This document shows positions 13,114 through 25,336 of a stretch of DNA of 60,781 bases, one piece after another. The position numbers and the translations under genes were made by a program. This DNA comes from Chiloscyllium plagiosum. Its lineage: Eukaryota. The DNA lies in assembly GCF_004010195.1 (NCBI RefSeq), contig NC_057760.1:4494488-4555268 (forward strand), given 5' to 3'. The notes under the pieces were generated by a model. The model was given only the letters and a program-made list of their open reading frames with translations, did no database searches and was not told the origin of the DNA. Numbering within the stretch: the first letter of the stretch is position 1; the number at the start of each line of letters is the position of its first letter.

Positions 13114-14039
13114 AGTCATAAAAATGTATAGCATGAAAACAGACCCTTTGGTCCAACTCGTCCATGCCGACCAGATATCTTAACTTAATCTAGTCCCATT
13201 TGGCAGCACTTGGCCCATATCCCTCTAAACTCTTCCTATTCATATACCAACCAGATGTCTTTTAAATGTGGCAATTGTACCAGTCTCCACCACTTCCTCT
13301 GGCAGCTCATTCCATACATGCACCACTCTGTGTGAAAACGTTGCCCCTTAGATCCCTCTCATATCTTTTCCCTCTCACCCAAACCTATGGCCTCTAGTTC
13401 TGGACTCCCCCACCCCAGGGAAAAGCCTTTGTCTATTTATCCTATCCATCCCCCTCATGATTTTATAAACCTCTATAAGGTCACCCCTCAGTCTACAATG
13501 TTCCAGGGAAAACAGCCCTAGCCTATTCAGCTTCTCCCTGTAGCTCAAATCCTCCAACCCTGGCAACATCCTTGTAAATCTTTTCTGAACCCTTTCAAGT
13601 TTCACAACATCCTTCTGATAGAAAGGAGACCAGAATTGCATGCAATATTCCAACAGTGGCCTAACCAACATGATGCATAGCTGTAACATGACCTTCCAAC
13701 TCCTGTACTCAATACTCTGACCAATAAAGGGAAGCATACCAAACGCCTTCCTCACTATCCTATCTACCTGTGAGTCTACTTTCAAAGACTATGAACCTGG
13801 ACTCCAAGGTCTCTTTGTTCAGCAACACTCCCCAGGACCTTACCGTTAAGTGTACATGTCCTGCTCTGATTTGCTATTCCAAAATGCAGCACCTCAAATT
13901 TCTCCAAATTAAAATCCATCTGGCACTCCTCAGCCCATTAGCCCATCTGATCAAGATCCCAATGTACACTGAGGTAACCTTCTTTGCTGTCCACTACACT
14001 TCCAATTTTGGTGTCATCTGCAAACTTACTAACTATACT
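13114..14039 (-). mobile_element. CR1 LINE 3' portion nested in the tail of the preceding copy
   Basis: ORF 13375-13785 LVRPLLEYCMQFWSP...RLRGDLIEVYKIMRG. The host tail reads gtggacta | gttagaccgaag across the insertion. Confidence 0.92.
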
Positions 14040-14182
14040 AGTTAGACCGAAGAGTCCATTTCCATGCAGTATGACTCCATGATACTCTCTATTGGATTGA
14101 GTTGACAGTTAACTGCCAAGCTAAGTCTGTTAACTGGAAAACCCAAAGATTGATAGATCATACCAAACATCCCATCCCTTCA

Positions 14183-14243
14183 GAAAAGCACAGTTGGTCA
14201 GGCAGCATCCGAGGAGCAGGCGAATTGACATTTTGAGCATAAA
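14183..14243 (-). mobile_element. Penelope-like family A terminal fragment
   Basis: gaaaagcacagttggtcaggcagcatccgaggagcaggcgaattgacattttgagcataa matches 39310-39370. Confidence 0.7.
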
Positions 14244-14571
14244 CCTATGCCCTCTAGTTCTGGACTCCCCGACCCCAGGGAAAAGACTTTGTCTATTTAT
14301 CCTATCCATGCCCCTCATAATTTTGTAAACCTCTATAAGGTCACCCCTCAGCCTCCGACGCTCCAGGGAAAACAGCCTCAGCCTGTTCAGCCTCTCCCTA
14401 TAGCTTAAATCCTCCAACCCTGGCAACATCTTTTTAAATCTTTTCTGAACCCTTTCAAGTTTCACAACATCTTTCCAATAGGAAGGAGACCAGAATTACA
14501 CGCAATATTCCAACAGTGGCCTAACCAATGTCCTGTACACCCACAACATGACCTCTCAACTCCTGTACTCA
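14241..14571 (-). mobile_element. CR1 LINE internal fragment, highly similar to 13381-13711
   Basis: ORF 14130-14465 KLERVQKRFKKMLPGLEDLSYRERL. Confidence 0.9.
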
Positions 14572-14572
14572 A

Positions 14573-14775
14573 GGTTTGTTGGAAGCACTAGCTTTTGGAG
14601 CGCTGCTCCTTCATCAGGTAGCTGTGGAGCAGGACCATAAGACATCCTGGTCCAATAGCCACCTGATGAAGGAGCAAAACTCCGAAAGTTAGTGCTTCCA
14701 TATGGACTATAACCTGGTGTTGTGTGATTTTTAACTTTGTCCACCCCCCTCGAATGCTGGCTCCTCCACATCATG
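14573..14775. mobile_element. Penelope-like terminal repeat, family B, as an inverted pair
   Basis: 14580-14620 is the approximate reverse complement of 14660-14700, and each arm holds a hammerhead core. Confidence 0.7.
14660..14694 (+). ncRNA. Minimal hammerhead ribozyme motif (family B)
   Basis: cac-CTGATGA-a-ggag/caaaa/ctcc-GAAA-gt-TA-gtg: stem I cac/gtg and stem II ggag/ctcc. The mirror copy at 14586-14620 (-) has palindromic AGCT but GAAA changed to AAAA. Confidence 0.7.
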
Positions 14776-16214
14776 TACCTAATCAGCCCATGTTCTCAAA
14801 ATTAAAATATAGTCTCCAACATTAGACGTGATTCCATTATTGGACATTTGCTAAATAATGCTGAGTGTGGTACAGTTCCATCTAGCATTATCAGTCAGGA
14901 TCACAGTGTGGTATACAGTACATACTGGAAGGTACATATATGAATACAAAGGGCCCTATTCTTTGTAGATAGAAAGAGCATGTATATACATGGTATCTGA
15001 CTTAATTCAGCAGAATAGGTGACCACCATTCACTGGTTCATTTCTGAGACCAAATCCTTGACCAATTAGAGTCAGCTTGCCTGATTTAAATTTAAACAAC
15101 AAACTTTTAATTACCTGTTAATCATTATGTACCTGGTGCATGGCAATGGCATGACCATCCACTTACCAACAAACTAGCATTTGACCCTTATGGGAAAAAA
15201 TGTAATTTACCTTTACACTGATATTCTTACAAAATGTCCTGTGTGCGAAGCAAAAGGCTTTGTTAAAATGTGGGGTTTTTTGTCCAATACTCTAGTTCTA
15301 CTGTATCAAATCATTGAGTCTTAAAGAGAACCCTAGAGATACAGAACTTGGAGAAGTTTATAAAGGTGAATTTCAGAAGTTAATGTCCTCACAGCTGAAG
15401 GCAGTCACTAAAGCCACCATACTTAAAGTGCACGATACGAATATCAAAGGTAAACATTGAAGGAATGTGATTGTCTGTCGGGTAGGAAGGCTGGAGGAGG
15501 TTGGAGAGATAGGGAGTGACAAGGCCAGAAAGAAATATATTTTCCAATTATTTATGTGCCTGCTACTCTTTATAGTGGCACATTAAAGCATTTCAGTCTG
15601 TTTCTCACAGCCTTCTGTGTCTGGTTACTTACAAAGCAGTTTCAAATCTGTACAATAATCTTACAATACCCTGTGAACTCCAACAATGTTTCCCATTGTG
15701 TGCTTGTTTAAGTGACAATTACATACTCCAGGACAAGATTAATGTTCTGACTGGCCAAACATTAAAAATATTAAAATGACGATAAACGGGTTTAGTAAAT
15801 GGTTTTTGTTAAGTATTATTGCGCCTGGAAGCAAGTGGACTTGTGCTTGGCCTCAGGAGGCTGATTAACAGCCAAACAATCACTCCCAGTTTGTTCTCCA
15901 CAGTGACCCAGCTATTTAAAATTGCCAGTTTCTATCCCTTTCTCAGAATCCCAGTTTCTATAATGACTGCACAGTAAATCAATAAACTTTCTACTGTAGA
16001 TGTCCTTTTGTTTCGACCAATTTAAAATAATTGAATGCCTATGTGGCCAGTAAAATGTAAGTTTTCTATTCTGCCATTTGCAGTGGACACTTCGACCTCT
16101 TAGATGCAGAAACTGACCACACATCATTCCAGACTTGGCTCTTCACCCCAACTCCAAACTGTCCAAGATGCCATTACCCAAGCTGCAAGCAGATTCCACC
16201 CCAAAATGAAACAA

Positions 16215-18410
16215 GGTTACGTTTAGTTTAGCGATGGAAAGGGATAGGTATGTGCCACAGAGCAAGAGTTATAGATAGGGGGAAGGGCATTATAATGTGA
16301 TTAGGCAAGACTTAGGATGCATAGAATGGGGCAGCAAAATGCAGAGGATAGGGACAATCAAAATGTGGAGCTGGTTTAAGGAACACATATTGCATGTCTT
16401 TGATAGGTTTGTCCCTGTCAGGCAGGGAGGAAGTGATAAGGTAAGGGAACCATGGTTTACTAAAGAAATTGCATCTCTTGTTAAGCAGAAGAGGGAGGCT
16501 CATGTGACGTTGAGGCGTGATGGTTCAGATGAGGCGATGGAGAGTTACAGATTAGTTAGGAAGGATTTATTGAGAGAGTTGAGTAGAGCAAGGAGGGGAC
16601 ATGAGCAGTCTTTAGCAGGTAGAATAAAGGAGAACCCTAAAGCTTTCTATAGATATGTGAGGAATAAAAGGATGACTAGGGTAGGAATAGGGTCTGTCAA
16701 AGACAGAAGGGGGAAGTTGTGTGTGGACCCTGTGGAGAATGGAGAGGTGCTAAATGAATATTTCTCATCTGTTTTCATGCAGGAAAAGTAGAATATTGTA
16801 GAGGAGGAGACTGAGATACAGGCTATTAGACTTGAAAGGATTGAGGTTAGTAAGGAGAAAGCGTTATCAATTCTAGAAGGTGTGAAAGTAGATAAGTCCC
16901 CTGGGCCGGATGGGATGTTTCCAAGAATTCGCTGGGAAGCGAGGGAGGAGATGGCCGAGCCTTTGGCCTTGATCTTTGAGTCTTCATTGTCTACAGGTTT
17001 AGTACCAGAGGACTGGAGGATTGCAAATGTTGTGCCCTTGTTCAAGAAGGGAGTTAAAGATGACCCAGGTAATTATAGACCAGTGAGCCTTATGTCTGTT
17101 GTAGGAAAGGTTTTGGAAAGGATTATAAGAGATAGGATTTATAATCATTTAGCAAAAAACAATTTGATTGGAAATAGTCAACATGGATTCGTCAAGTGTA
17201 GGTCATGTCTCACAAACCTCACTGAGTTTTTTGAGAAGGTGATCAAGCATGTGGATGAGGGTAGGGCAGTTGACATGGTGTACATGGACTTCAGTAAAGC
17301 CTTTGATAAGATTCCATATGGTAGCTCTTTGGTTTAGGCATGGGATTAAAGGTGATTTACCAGTTTCTGTAAGAAGGCAACAAGTGGTGGTTGATAGAAA
17401 ATATTCAGCCTGGAGTCCAGTTACTAGTGATATGCCACAAGGATCTGTTTTGGGACCACTGCTGTTTGTCATTTTTAAAAATGACTTGGACGCAGGTGAA
17501 GGTGGATGGGTTAGTAAATTTGCAGTTGATACTAAAGTCGGTGGGATAGTGGACAGTGAGGAGGAATGTTGCAGGTTGCAGGGAGACTTGGATAAACTGG
17601 AGAATTGGGCTGAGAGGTGGCAAATGGAATTAAATGCAGATAAATGTGAGGTGATTCACTTTGGGAAGAATAACAGGAAGGCAGAATACTGGGTCAATGG
17701 AAAGATTCTTGGTAGTGTGGATGTGTAGGGGGATCTTGGTGTCCATGTACATGGATCCCTGAAAGTTGCCACCCAGAGTGATACTGCTATTAAAAAGGCA
17801 TACGGTGTGTTAGGTTTTATGAGTAGAGGGATTGAGTTCTGGAGCTGTGATGTCATGCTGCAACAAAATGTTAGTGCAACCACACTTGGGATATTGTGTA
17901 CAGTTCTGGCCGCCCCATTAAGGAAGGGTGTGAAAGCATTGGAAAAAGTGCAGAGGAGATTTACCAGGATGTTGCCTGGTCTGGAGCGAAGGTCTTATGA
18001 GGAAAAGCTGAAGGACTTGGGTCTGTTCTCATTGGAGAGAAGAAGGCTAAGAGGGGATTTAATAGAGACATATAAGAAGATCAGAGAATTAGGGTGGACA
18101 GTGAGAGTCTTTTTCCTCGGATGATGACATCTGCTTGTACAAGGGGGCATAGCTGCAAATTGAGGAGTGATAGATTTAAGACAGATGTCAGAGGCAGGTT
18201 CTTCACTCAGTGAGTGGTAAGGGTGTGGAATGTCCTGCCTGCTAATGTAGTTAACTCAGCCACATTAGGGGTACTTAAACAATCCATTGGATAAGCACAT
18301 GGATGATGATGTGATAATGTAGGGCGATGGGCTTTGATTAGTTCACAGGTCGGTGCAACATCGAGGTCAGAAGGGCCTGTTCTGCGCTGTATTGATCTAT
18401 GTTCTGTGTT
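16215..18410 (+). mobile_element. CR1 LINE ORF2 relic
   Basis: ORFs 16297-16791, 16882-17337 (KSPGPDG, PGNYRPVSL, YMDFSKAFDK), 17249-17728 (PQGSVLGPLLF) and 17807-18124; tail ctatgttct. Confidence 0.95.
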
Positions 18411-19803
18411 TGCACAGAGGGTGAAGAGCTGAAGAATTCTCTATCTTTCCCAGACCTGTCTCCTGCTGGAATACATCCCTTCTCCTGCTGGGATGCGGTT
18501 GCAAGTCAAGTCTGCTAGAAAGTCTTTTGCTACCTCACTTCAGTGCTCATCTTTAATGTGTGAGCTCAGGGAGTGAGTATTGGCAGCCTTTTCAATTGTT
18601 GAGGTATTACAGAACATCATTACATATATACTTTCTGCACCAAGGCTCAATGGATTCTGAGCAGGAGTGAGAACCCTCGCAGACATTTCCCTTCCTTAAA
18701 GTAGGGACTATAAAGTACTCCTGAAACTGAGATTAGGTATTTTTGCTCCAGGAGTGAAATCTGGGAAATGGGTCTAACTCTATCAGTAAATATCAATCAT
18801 TATAAAATCTGAGAATTGTAGATGTTTTGCTGAGGAATTCAGGCGCTTCATGAATCTGTATTCCAGTTTCTTTCCTATGTCCATACCTTTATTTAATTGT
18901 TTCATTTTGTTCTTCTTCAGTGACTATGATTTTCTCTTAAAGGTTGTGACTGACTCAGTTTATGATAAGGCATTCTATTCTGGCAAAATTTCTACGGAGT
19001 GTATTATTTCCAATTATATTGCATTTGGTGCACATCCTGTATTTCAACAAGTCTCTATATTTATCTCTCTGTGACCATCAGGTTGTGAAGAAAAGAGAAG
19101 CTCCCAGTGGTCTCTGATGCACTGCCTGCCACAGCATTGACCCATTTCTGTCTCCAGGCTTCAACTGGACTGAGCCAGTCAATTCTTCAATGTTCTTGAT
19201 CTTTACAACTCATGTAGCATTTGATGAAATGTCACTTGAACATCTGAATATATCAAATTGAAACTAATCCTTTGACTATTTTCTTTGTTCATAACTTAGA
19301 TAACAAATTTAATTATATTTGTCAATTTGACCTGCCCTTTTATAAAGCTCTCCCGAATGCAGCCAAAAGGTTTCCATGGTGTTATTATAGATTATGGCCC
19401 TTCACTGGTTTCCATATAACTAATGCAAAATGCCAAATAAAACAGAAATGCTGGAAAGACATACATCAGAATCTGGACAATTTGCAGGGAAAAAGAGGAT
19501 CAGCATTGCTCAGTTTACAGGTTTAATGAGAAGTGCCCCTGACTCTGGTTAGAGATTTCATCTCCGTCTCCAATTTCCTGCTCACCAAGTTCCCAGTCCC
19601 AGTTTGGATAGCCTTTCTTTTACGAAAATACAAAGACAAATTGTATTTGTTTTAAAAGTTGCTTTTTTGCAGAAGTGACCTGGAGAGTAATCTCCAATTC
19701 TTGCAGACTAGGCCATTCCTACTGACCAATCAGCAAAGCTTTAAATGAGAGAGATGTGAATTACTGAACACACCACAGAAGACAGTTCTGAAGCTGTCAA
19801 AGT

Positions 19804-20118
19804 GGGGCGGCATGGTGGCTCAGTGATTAGCACTGCTGCCTCATAGCACCAGGTACCTGGGTTCGATTCCACCTCAGGCATTTGTCTGTGTGGAGTTTCT
19901 CATGATATCTGCACTGGTTTCCTCCCACAATCCAAACATGTGCAGGTTGGTTGAACTGGCCATGCTAAATTTCCCATAGCATCCAGGGATATGGAGACTA
20001 GGTGGATTAAGCATGGGAAATGCAGGGTTAGGGGGATGGGGTGGGATGTTCTTTGGAAGGTCAGTGTGGACTCGATGGGCCAAATGGCCTGCTTCCACGC
20101 TATTGGGATTCTGTGATA
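19804..20118 (+). mobile_element. HE1-like SINE
   Basis: ggggcggcatggtggctcagtgattagc...ggttcgattcc; internally deleted V-domain; CR1-like tail. Confidence 0.88.
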
Positions 20119-20495
20119 ATTGAACATGGTAAATTTGGGGACATAATGTGAATATATATGTAGTGGATCCTGAACTATTTCCACGGCAAGGAAGTCAGTG
20201 CAAACTCTGACTGACTCAATCAATGCACTGGGCACAGAGCCTAGCAAAGCCCTGTTTCCCCTGGTCAAATCGGAAGCTACATGAGGAGGGCAAGATCCAG
20301 CAGGCAAACCCCTCAGTTAAAATAAAAAAAAGCAGGTATTCAAACGTTTGTTCAAGAGTATTCACCGTCTGCATCATAACATCACCAAAATTATTATTAG
20401 CCTTATTTGTCAAATTTGCATTTAATCTGAAACAATGATGAAGAATCAATCCTCCACCTTAACAACAATTTCTGTTGTGAGGAAGTTTCTCTTAC

Positions 20496-20720
20496 TTTGG
20501 TTTGAAAGCTGTTGGTTGGAGAGTGGAAGAGTGTATACAGTTTCCACCCGTGGTTTACGGTGTCGATCTGGGTCTACTGTCGGGAAACTGTCGGGAACCT
20601 GACTGCTGCTGGCTGACCGGGTGGAGATCTGACAGAATTTCCCGGTGAACCCAGGTGGGCAATGGCAACGATCCTTTCGTACGCACACTCCCCCATTCTG
20701 GCACTGAAGCAGACAGAGGA
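20496..20720 (-). CDS. LTBP4: LTBP4-like exon: non-calcium-binding EGF-like domain plus linker (FLCLLQCQNGGVCVRKDRCHCPPGFTGKFCQ...VYTLPLSNQ)
   Basis: Acceptor tttctttccttccag| and donor CAAA|gtaaga; 225 nt, phase 1-1; six-Cys EGF spacing. Close to recalled LTBP4 [31 protein letters not shown] and VYTMPLAN. Confidence 0.95.
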
Positions 20721-20894
20721 CTGGAAGGAAAGAAATCATGTTACAGCAGTAGAAACAAGTTAACATCAGCAGGAAAGTCTAAATCACAAAAACTTAAATT
20801 CTCCTCTTGCCTGGAAATTACTGACTTTTCAAGGAATACAGAAACTAACGGAGTTAAAATCCTTCATTCAAGCAGAAAACTGTCTTGGGAATGT

Positions 20895-21280
20895 ATACAT
20901 AGGAACAGAAGGAGGCCATTCAGCCCCTTAAGCCAACAAGTTAATGAGGTCTTGGTTGGTCTGTGACATAACTCCATATACCCAAACTGTTCCCCATTCT
21001 CCTTAGCATCCATCTGAAAATTTAAACTTAATAATTTGCACGGAATACACTGTGGAAGGGAGTTCCAAATCTCTGCCAACCTTTGCATTTATAGGTGTGT
21101 TCTAACTTGATTTCTGAAAGGTCTGTTCCTATTTTTTAAGATTGCTCTTCTAATCCCAGATTCCCAAACTGCAGAAGTCCTTTCTCCAAATCTACTGGAT
21201 TTATTCCCCATTGTTTCTGGAAAACAGATGACTAAATCACCCCATAACCTTCTAAATTTCACGGATTGCAGTCCTAGTTG
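20895..21280 (-). mobile_element. Old CR1 LINE 3' fragment
   Basis: cataggaacagaaggaggccattcagccc...aaatcaccccataaccttctaaattt. Confidence 0.7.
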
Positions 21281-22004
21281 GGGGAAAGCCTCTGCAATGA
21301 CTCAATAGTCCAGCGACTCTCATCCCTGTACAGTTTGACCTAAGCACTGTACAGCTGTATATGAAGGTTCTCAGGTATAAGCAACAAAAAAAAGAAAATA
21401 GCCAATATTTTGACAATATCATCTACTCAGGAAAGATGTTGACCAAAAACACGTTTATATGAATAGGTTTAAAATAAGTTTCCCCTGGTGAGATCAGTGT
21501 ATGCAGATTGATACTGAACATGGGCAGAGGGGGAGTGTAATTCCTACAGTTTGCAGGAGGGAGACTCAGCAGATTTACTGATATTTAACAGATGCTGTAG
21601 AGATTAGGAGAAAGAACAACCACACTGTGATTATGAATTCTATAATCGACATAGACAGATATATATTTAATATGTAGCAAGTGGGGGCTGATAGAAAACA
21701 GGGGAACAATAAAATGCTAATAATTCAGTCAATCACATGCAAAACAATTTTCATCTCCACTGAAACTAAATCCTCTTGCATCTAGTTCAGGAAGTTGGAA
21801 TCCTGTGCCTCAAGATTGAGACCCCACAGCCTAAACTACCCCTAGTGGCAGATGTAAAAAAGGGTGGAATGTAAAGCAAGCACAGTGTACCATTCCAGGG
21901 GTGAAGCTGAGGTAGTTTGACACAGAAGGTAACAATATTCCCTGAGAATACGTTGGAAGGGAATTTAAAAAGACATTGAAACTCTAAGTTTCAGTCTCAA
22001 CTTC

Positions 22005-22380
22005 CTCATACTGTCCCTGTCCTGGAAGAGTTTGAAGGAGACAGTGTAGAGAGAGCCTTACTATGTATCTAATCCCATGCTGCCCTTGTCCTGGGAATGT
22101 TTGGTGGGGACAGGGTAGAGGCAGCTTTTTACCGGTATCTAAGCCTATACTGACTGTTTCCTAGGAGTGTTTGATGGGTCAGTGTAGAGGCAGCTTTACT
22201 CTGTACCTAACCCTCTGCTGCCCCTGTGCTGGGAGTGTTTGGTGGGGACAGGGTAGAGGGAGTTTTACCCTGTATCTAAGCCTATACTACTCCTGTCCTA
22301 GGAGTGTTTGATGGGTCAGTGTAGAGGCAGCTTTACTCTGTACCTAACCCTCTGTTGCCCCTGTGCTGGGAGTGTTTGAA
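22005..22380 (+). repeat. ~68-bp minisatellite, ~5.5 units, with an A-B dimer structure; resumes at 22840-22910
   Basis: Unit approximately ccctgtcctgggagtgtttgatggggacagtgtagagggagctttactctgtatctaaccc. Confidence 0.9.
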
Positions 22381-22839
22381 TCACCTTTATTGTCATGTGC
22401 ATTCAGTGAATGCAGTGAAACGTATGTAATGTCACCTTCTGGATGCAATCTTATGCAGAGTACCTCGGTACAGATATTTAACTGTGTGTACAGAGTAAAA
22501 TACATTTGTAAGTATGGGAATAGAGTTTAAAAGTCAAGAATGATAATAAAAGTGACTATAAAGTACTTGAACTTTAAAAGTTCTAGTCCTTTTCCAACAT
22601 GAGTTGGAAGTCCACTGGCTTCAGAACATTTGGCAACACCCAGCCCGTACTCGCTCTGCTCCCGTACCAGCACCTGCTCAGCTCCCCACTCCAGGACACA
22701 CACAGCTCCCCACTCCAGGACTCAGCCCGTGCTCAATCTGCTGTCGTTCCAGGACCCAGTTTGTGTTCATTCTGGCCCCACTCCAGCTCCGGCCCTTTAT
22801 CACTCTGCTCCCTGCTCCGGGACTCAGCCTCTGTTCGCT
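22381..22839 (-). mobile_element. Non-coding retroposon with a Rex1/Babar-type 3' tail, inserted in the minisatellite
   Basis: The minus strand ends tttcactgcattcactgaatgcacatgacaataaag, like 31693-31725 (ttttcactgtatttaggtacacctgacaataaa). The minisatellite resumes at 22840. Confidence 0.6.
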
Positions 22840-23110
22840 GATGGGTCAGTGCAGTGGGAACTTTAACATGTAGTTAATCCAATTACTGTACTTACTTTGG
22901 GAGTGTTCCATCTCAGACTCCAGTTGAGGTTGCCAGATTGCAGATAGCAGCCTTTAGTTAATTTGATTCACTCATGTGATATCATGAAACAGCTGAAAAC
23001 TTTGGATACTGTTTGGGCCCCTAGCTGAGGGGAGAGACAATGGGCAGTGGTTTTGTTGCTGGATACTAATCCAGGGACAAGGACCATGGCAGATGGTACT
23101 ATTTGAACTT

Positions 23111-23416
23111 TAGATTACATTACAGTGTGGAAACAGGCCCTTTGGCCCAACAAGTCCACACCGACCCGCCAAAGCGCAACCCACTCTTATCCCTACATTT
23201 ACCCCTTACCTAACACTACGGGCAATTTAGCATGGCCAATTCACCTGACCTGCACATCTTTGGACTGTGGGAGGAAACCGGAGCACCCGGAGGAAACCCA
23301 CGCAGACACAGGGAGAACGTGCAACTCCACACAGTCAGTCGCCTGAGGCGGGAATTGAACCTGGATCTCTGGCGCTGTGAGGCAACAGTGCTAACCACTG
23401 TGCCACCGTGCCGCCC
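23111..23416 (-). mobile_element. HE1-like SINE, young full-length copy
   Basis: Full tRNA head, V-domain and tail; flanked by actt on both sides. Confidence 0.93.
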
Positions 23417-25241
23417 ACTTGCAACAATTACAAGCTGAATAATGACTGTGTTATGAGGGAATTTTGTTCAGTAAGATCCTTTAGGTCTGGCATACATATG
23501 ACTCTAGGCTCACAGAACATTGCCTGTTAAATGCCCTCAGAAACAGCTGAGCAAACCACTCAGTTGTAACAATTGCAGTAAAGCCTTAAATTAGAAATGA
23601 AATTGGTTGGACCATCTGACACCAGGCATCAGAATCAACAACAGCAAACCCAACCCTATTGACCCTTCAAAGTCCTCCTCACTAACATCTGGAGGCTAGT
23701 GCCAACACTGGGAGAGATGTCTCTCAGACTAGTCAATGAGCAGCCTCACAGGATTGTATCTTACAGACAACATCCCAGACACCACCATCACCATCCCTGG
23801 ATACATCCTGTCCTATGATCAGGATAGACCCAGCAGAGGTGATGATAAAGTTGGGTGAGAGTTATCCTGGAGTCTTCAACATTGACTCCAGAGACCACAA
23901 GGTCAAATATGGATAAGGAAACCACCTGCTGATTACCATATACCATCCTCCCTTGACTGATGAATCTGTTCTCCATTTGAACAACATTTGGAGGAAGGAC
24001 TGAGGATGGCAAGGGCACAGAATGTACCCTCGATGCGGGATTTATGTCGACCACCAGAGTGGCTTGACAGCAATACTAATCGAGCTGATTGGGTCCTAAA
24101 GGACATTGCTGCTAGACTGGATCTGCAGCAGGTGGGGAGAGAACCAACAAGAGGGAAAAACATACTTGACCTCATCCTTACCAATCTGCCGACTGAAGAT
24201 ACATCTGTCCATGACAGTATCGGTAAGAGTGACCACTGCACAATCCTTGTGGAGACAAAGTCCGACCCTCATATTGAGAATACCTTCCATTGTGGAACTG
24301 TCACCATGCTAAATGGGACAGACTTTGAACAGATCTAGCAACTCAAGACCGAGCATCTATGAAGTGCTGTGGGCCATCAACTGCAGCAGAATTGTACTCC
24401 AACACAATCTGTAACCTCATGGTCTGGCATATCCCCCACTCAACTATTACCATCAAACCATGGGATCTTGCCTGGTTCAACGGAGAGTGCAGAAGGGTAT
24501 ACCAGAAGCAGCACCAGGCATACCTGAAAATGAGGTGTCAACCTGGTGAAGCTACCAAACAGGGCTATTTGCATGCCATACAGCATAAGCAGCAAGTGAT
24601 AGACAGAGCTAAGTGATCCCACAGTCAATGGATCAGAACTAAGTTCAGTCCTGCCATATCCAATTGGGAATGGTGATGAACAATTAAACAACTCACTGGA
24701 GGAGGAGGGGTCTCCACAAATATCCTCATCCTCAATGATGGAAGAGCCCTGCACACCAGTGCAAAACATAAAGCTGAAGCATTCACAGCAACCTTCAGCC
24801 AGAATTGTCAAGTGGCTCCCAGCATTACAGATACCAGTCTTCAGCCAACATGATTCATTCCATGTGGTAACAAGAAACAGTTACAGGTACTGGATACTGC
24901 AAAGGCTGTCTGCCCTGACGACATTCTGGTAACAGTACTGAAGACTTTTGCTCCAGAACTTGTTCCCCTAGCCAACCTGATCCAGTGCAATTACACCACC
25001 AGCATCTACCTGACAATGTGGAAAATTGCCCAGGTGTGTCCTGTACATAAAAAGCAAGACAAGCACAATGGCTAACAAAACAAGTCAAAGATTAGGAATC
25101 CTGCAGTGACTCCCCAAACTTTGAGGATGGTGTTGATGACTCCACCATCTACAATGGAGAAACTAGGAGTGTGATGGAACACTCCCTACTTACCTGGAAT
25201 ACAACTCCAACAATATTCAATAAGCTTGACATCATTCAAGT

Positions 25242-25336
25242 AAATTCTGAAGAAGGGCTTATGCCCGAAACGTCGATTCTCCTGTTCCTTGGATGCTGCC
25301 TGATCTGCTGCACTTTTCCAGCAACACATTTTCAGT
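25242..25336 (+). mobile_element. Short Penelope-like family A insertion with hammerhead motif and target-site duplication
   Basis: CTGAAGA 25247-25253, stem gggc-ttat-gccc and GAAACGTC; flanked by attcaagt at 25234-25241 and 25340-25347. Confidence 0.8.

Noticed and set aside
19804..19880. tRNA genes at SINE heads
   Set aside because: The A/B boxes run into SINE bodies, and I could not see a complete cloverleaf.
22005..22380. CRISPR-like regular repeats
   Set aside because: Eukaryotic context, no unique spacers and no cas genes; this is a minisatellite.
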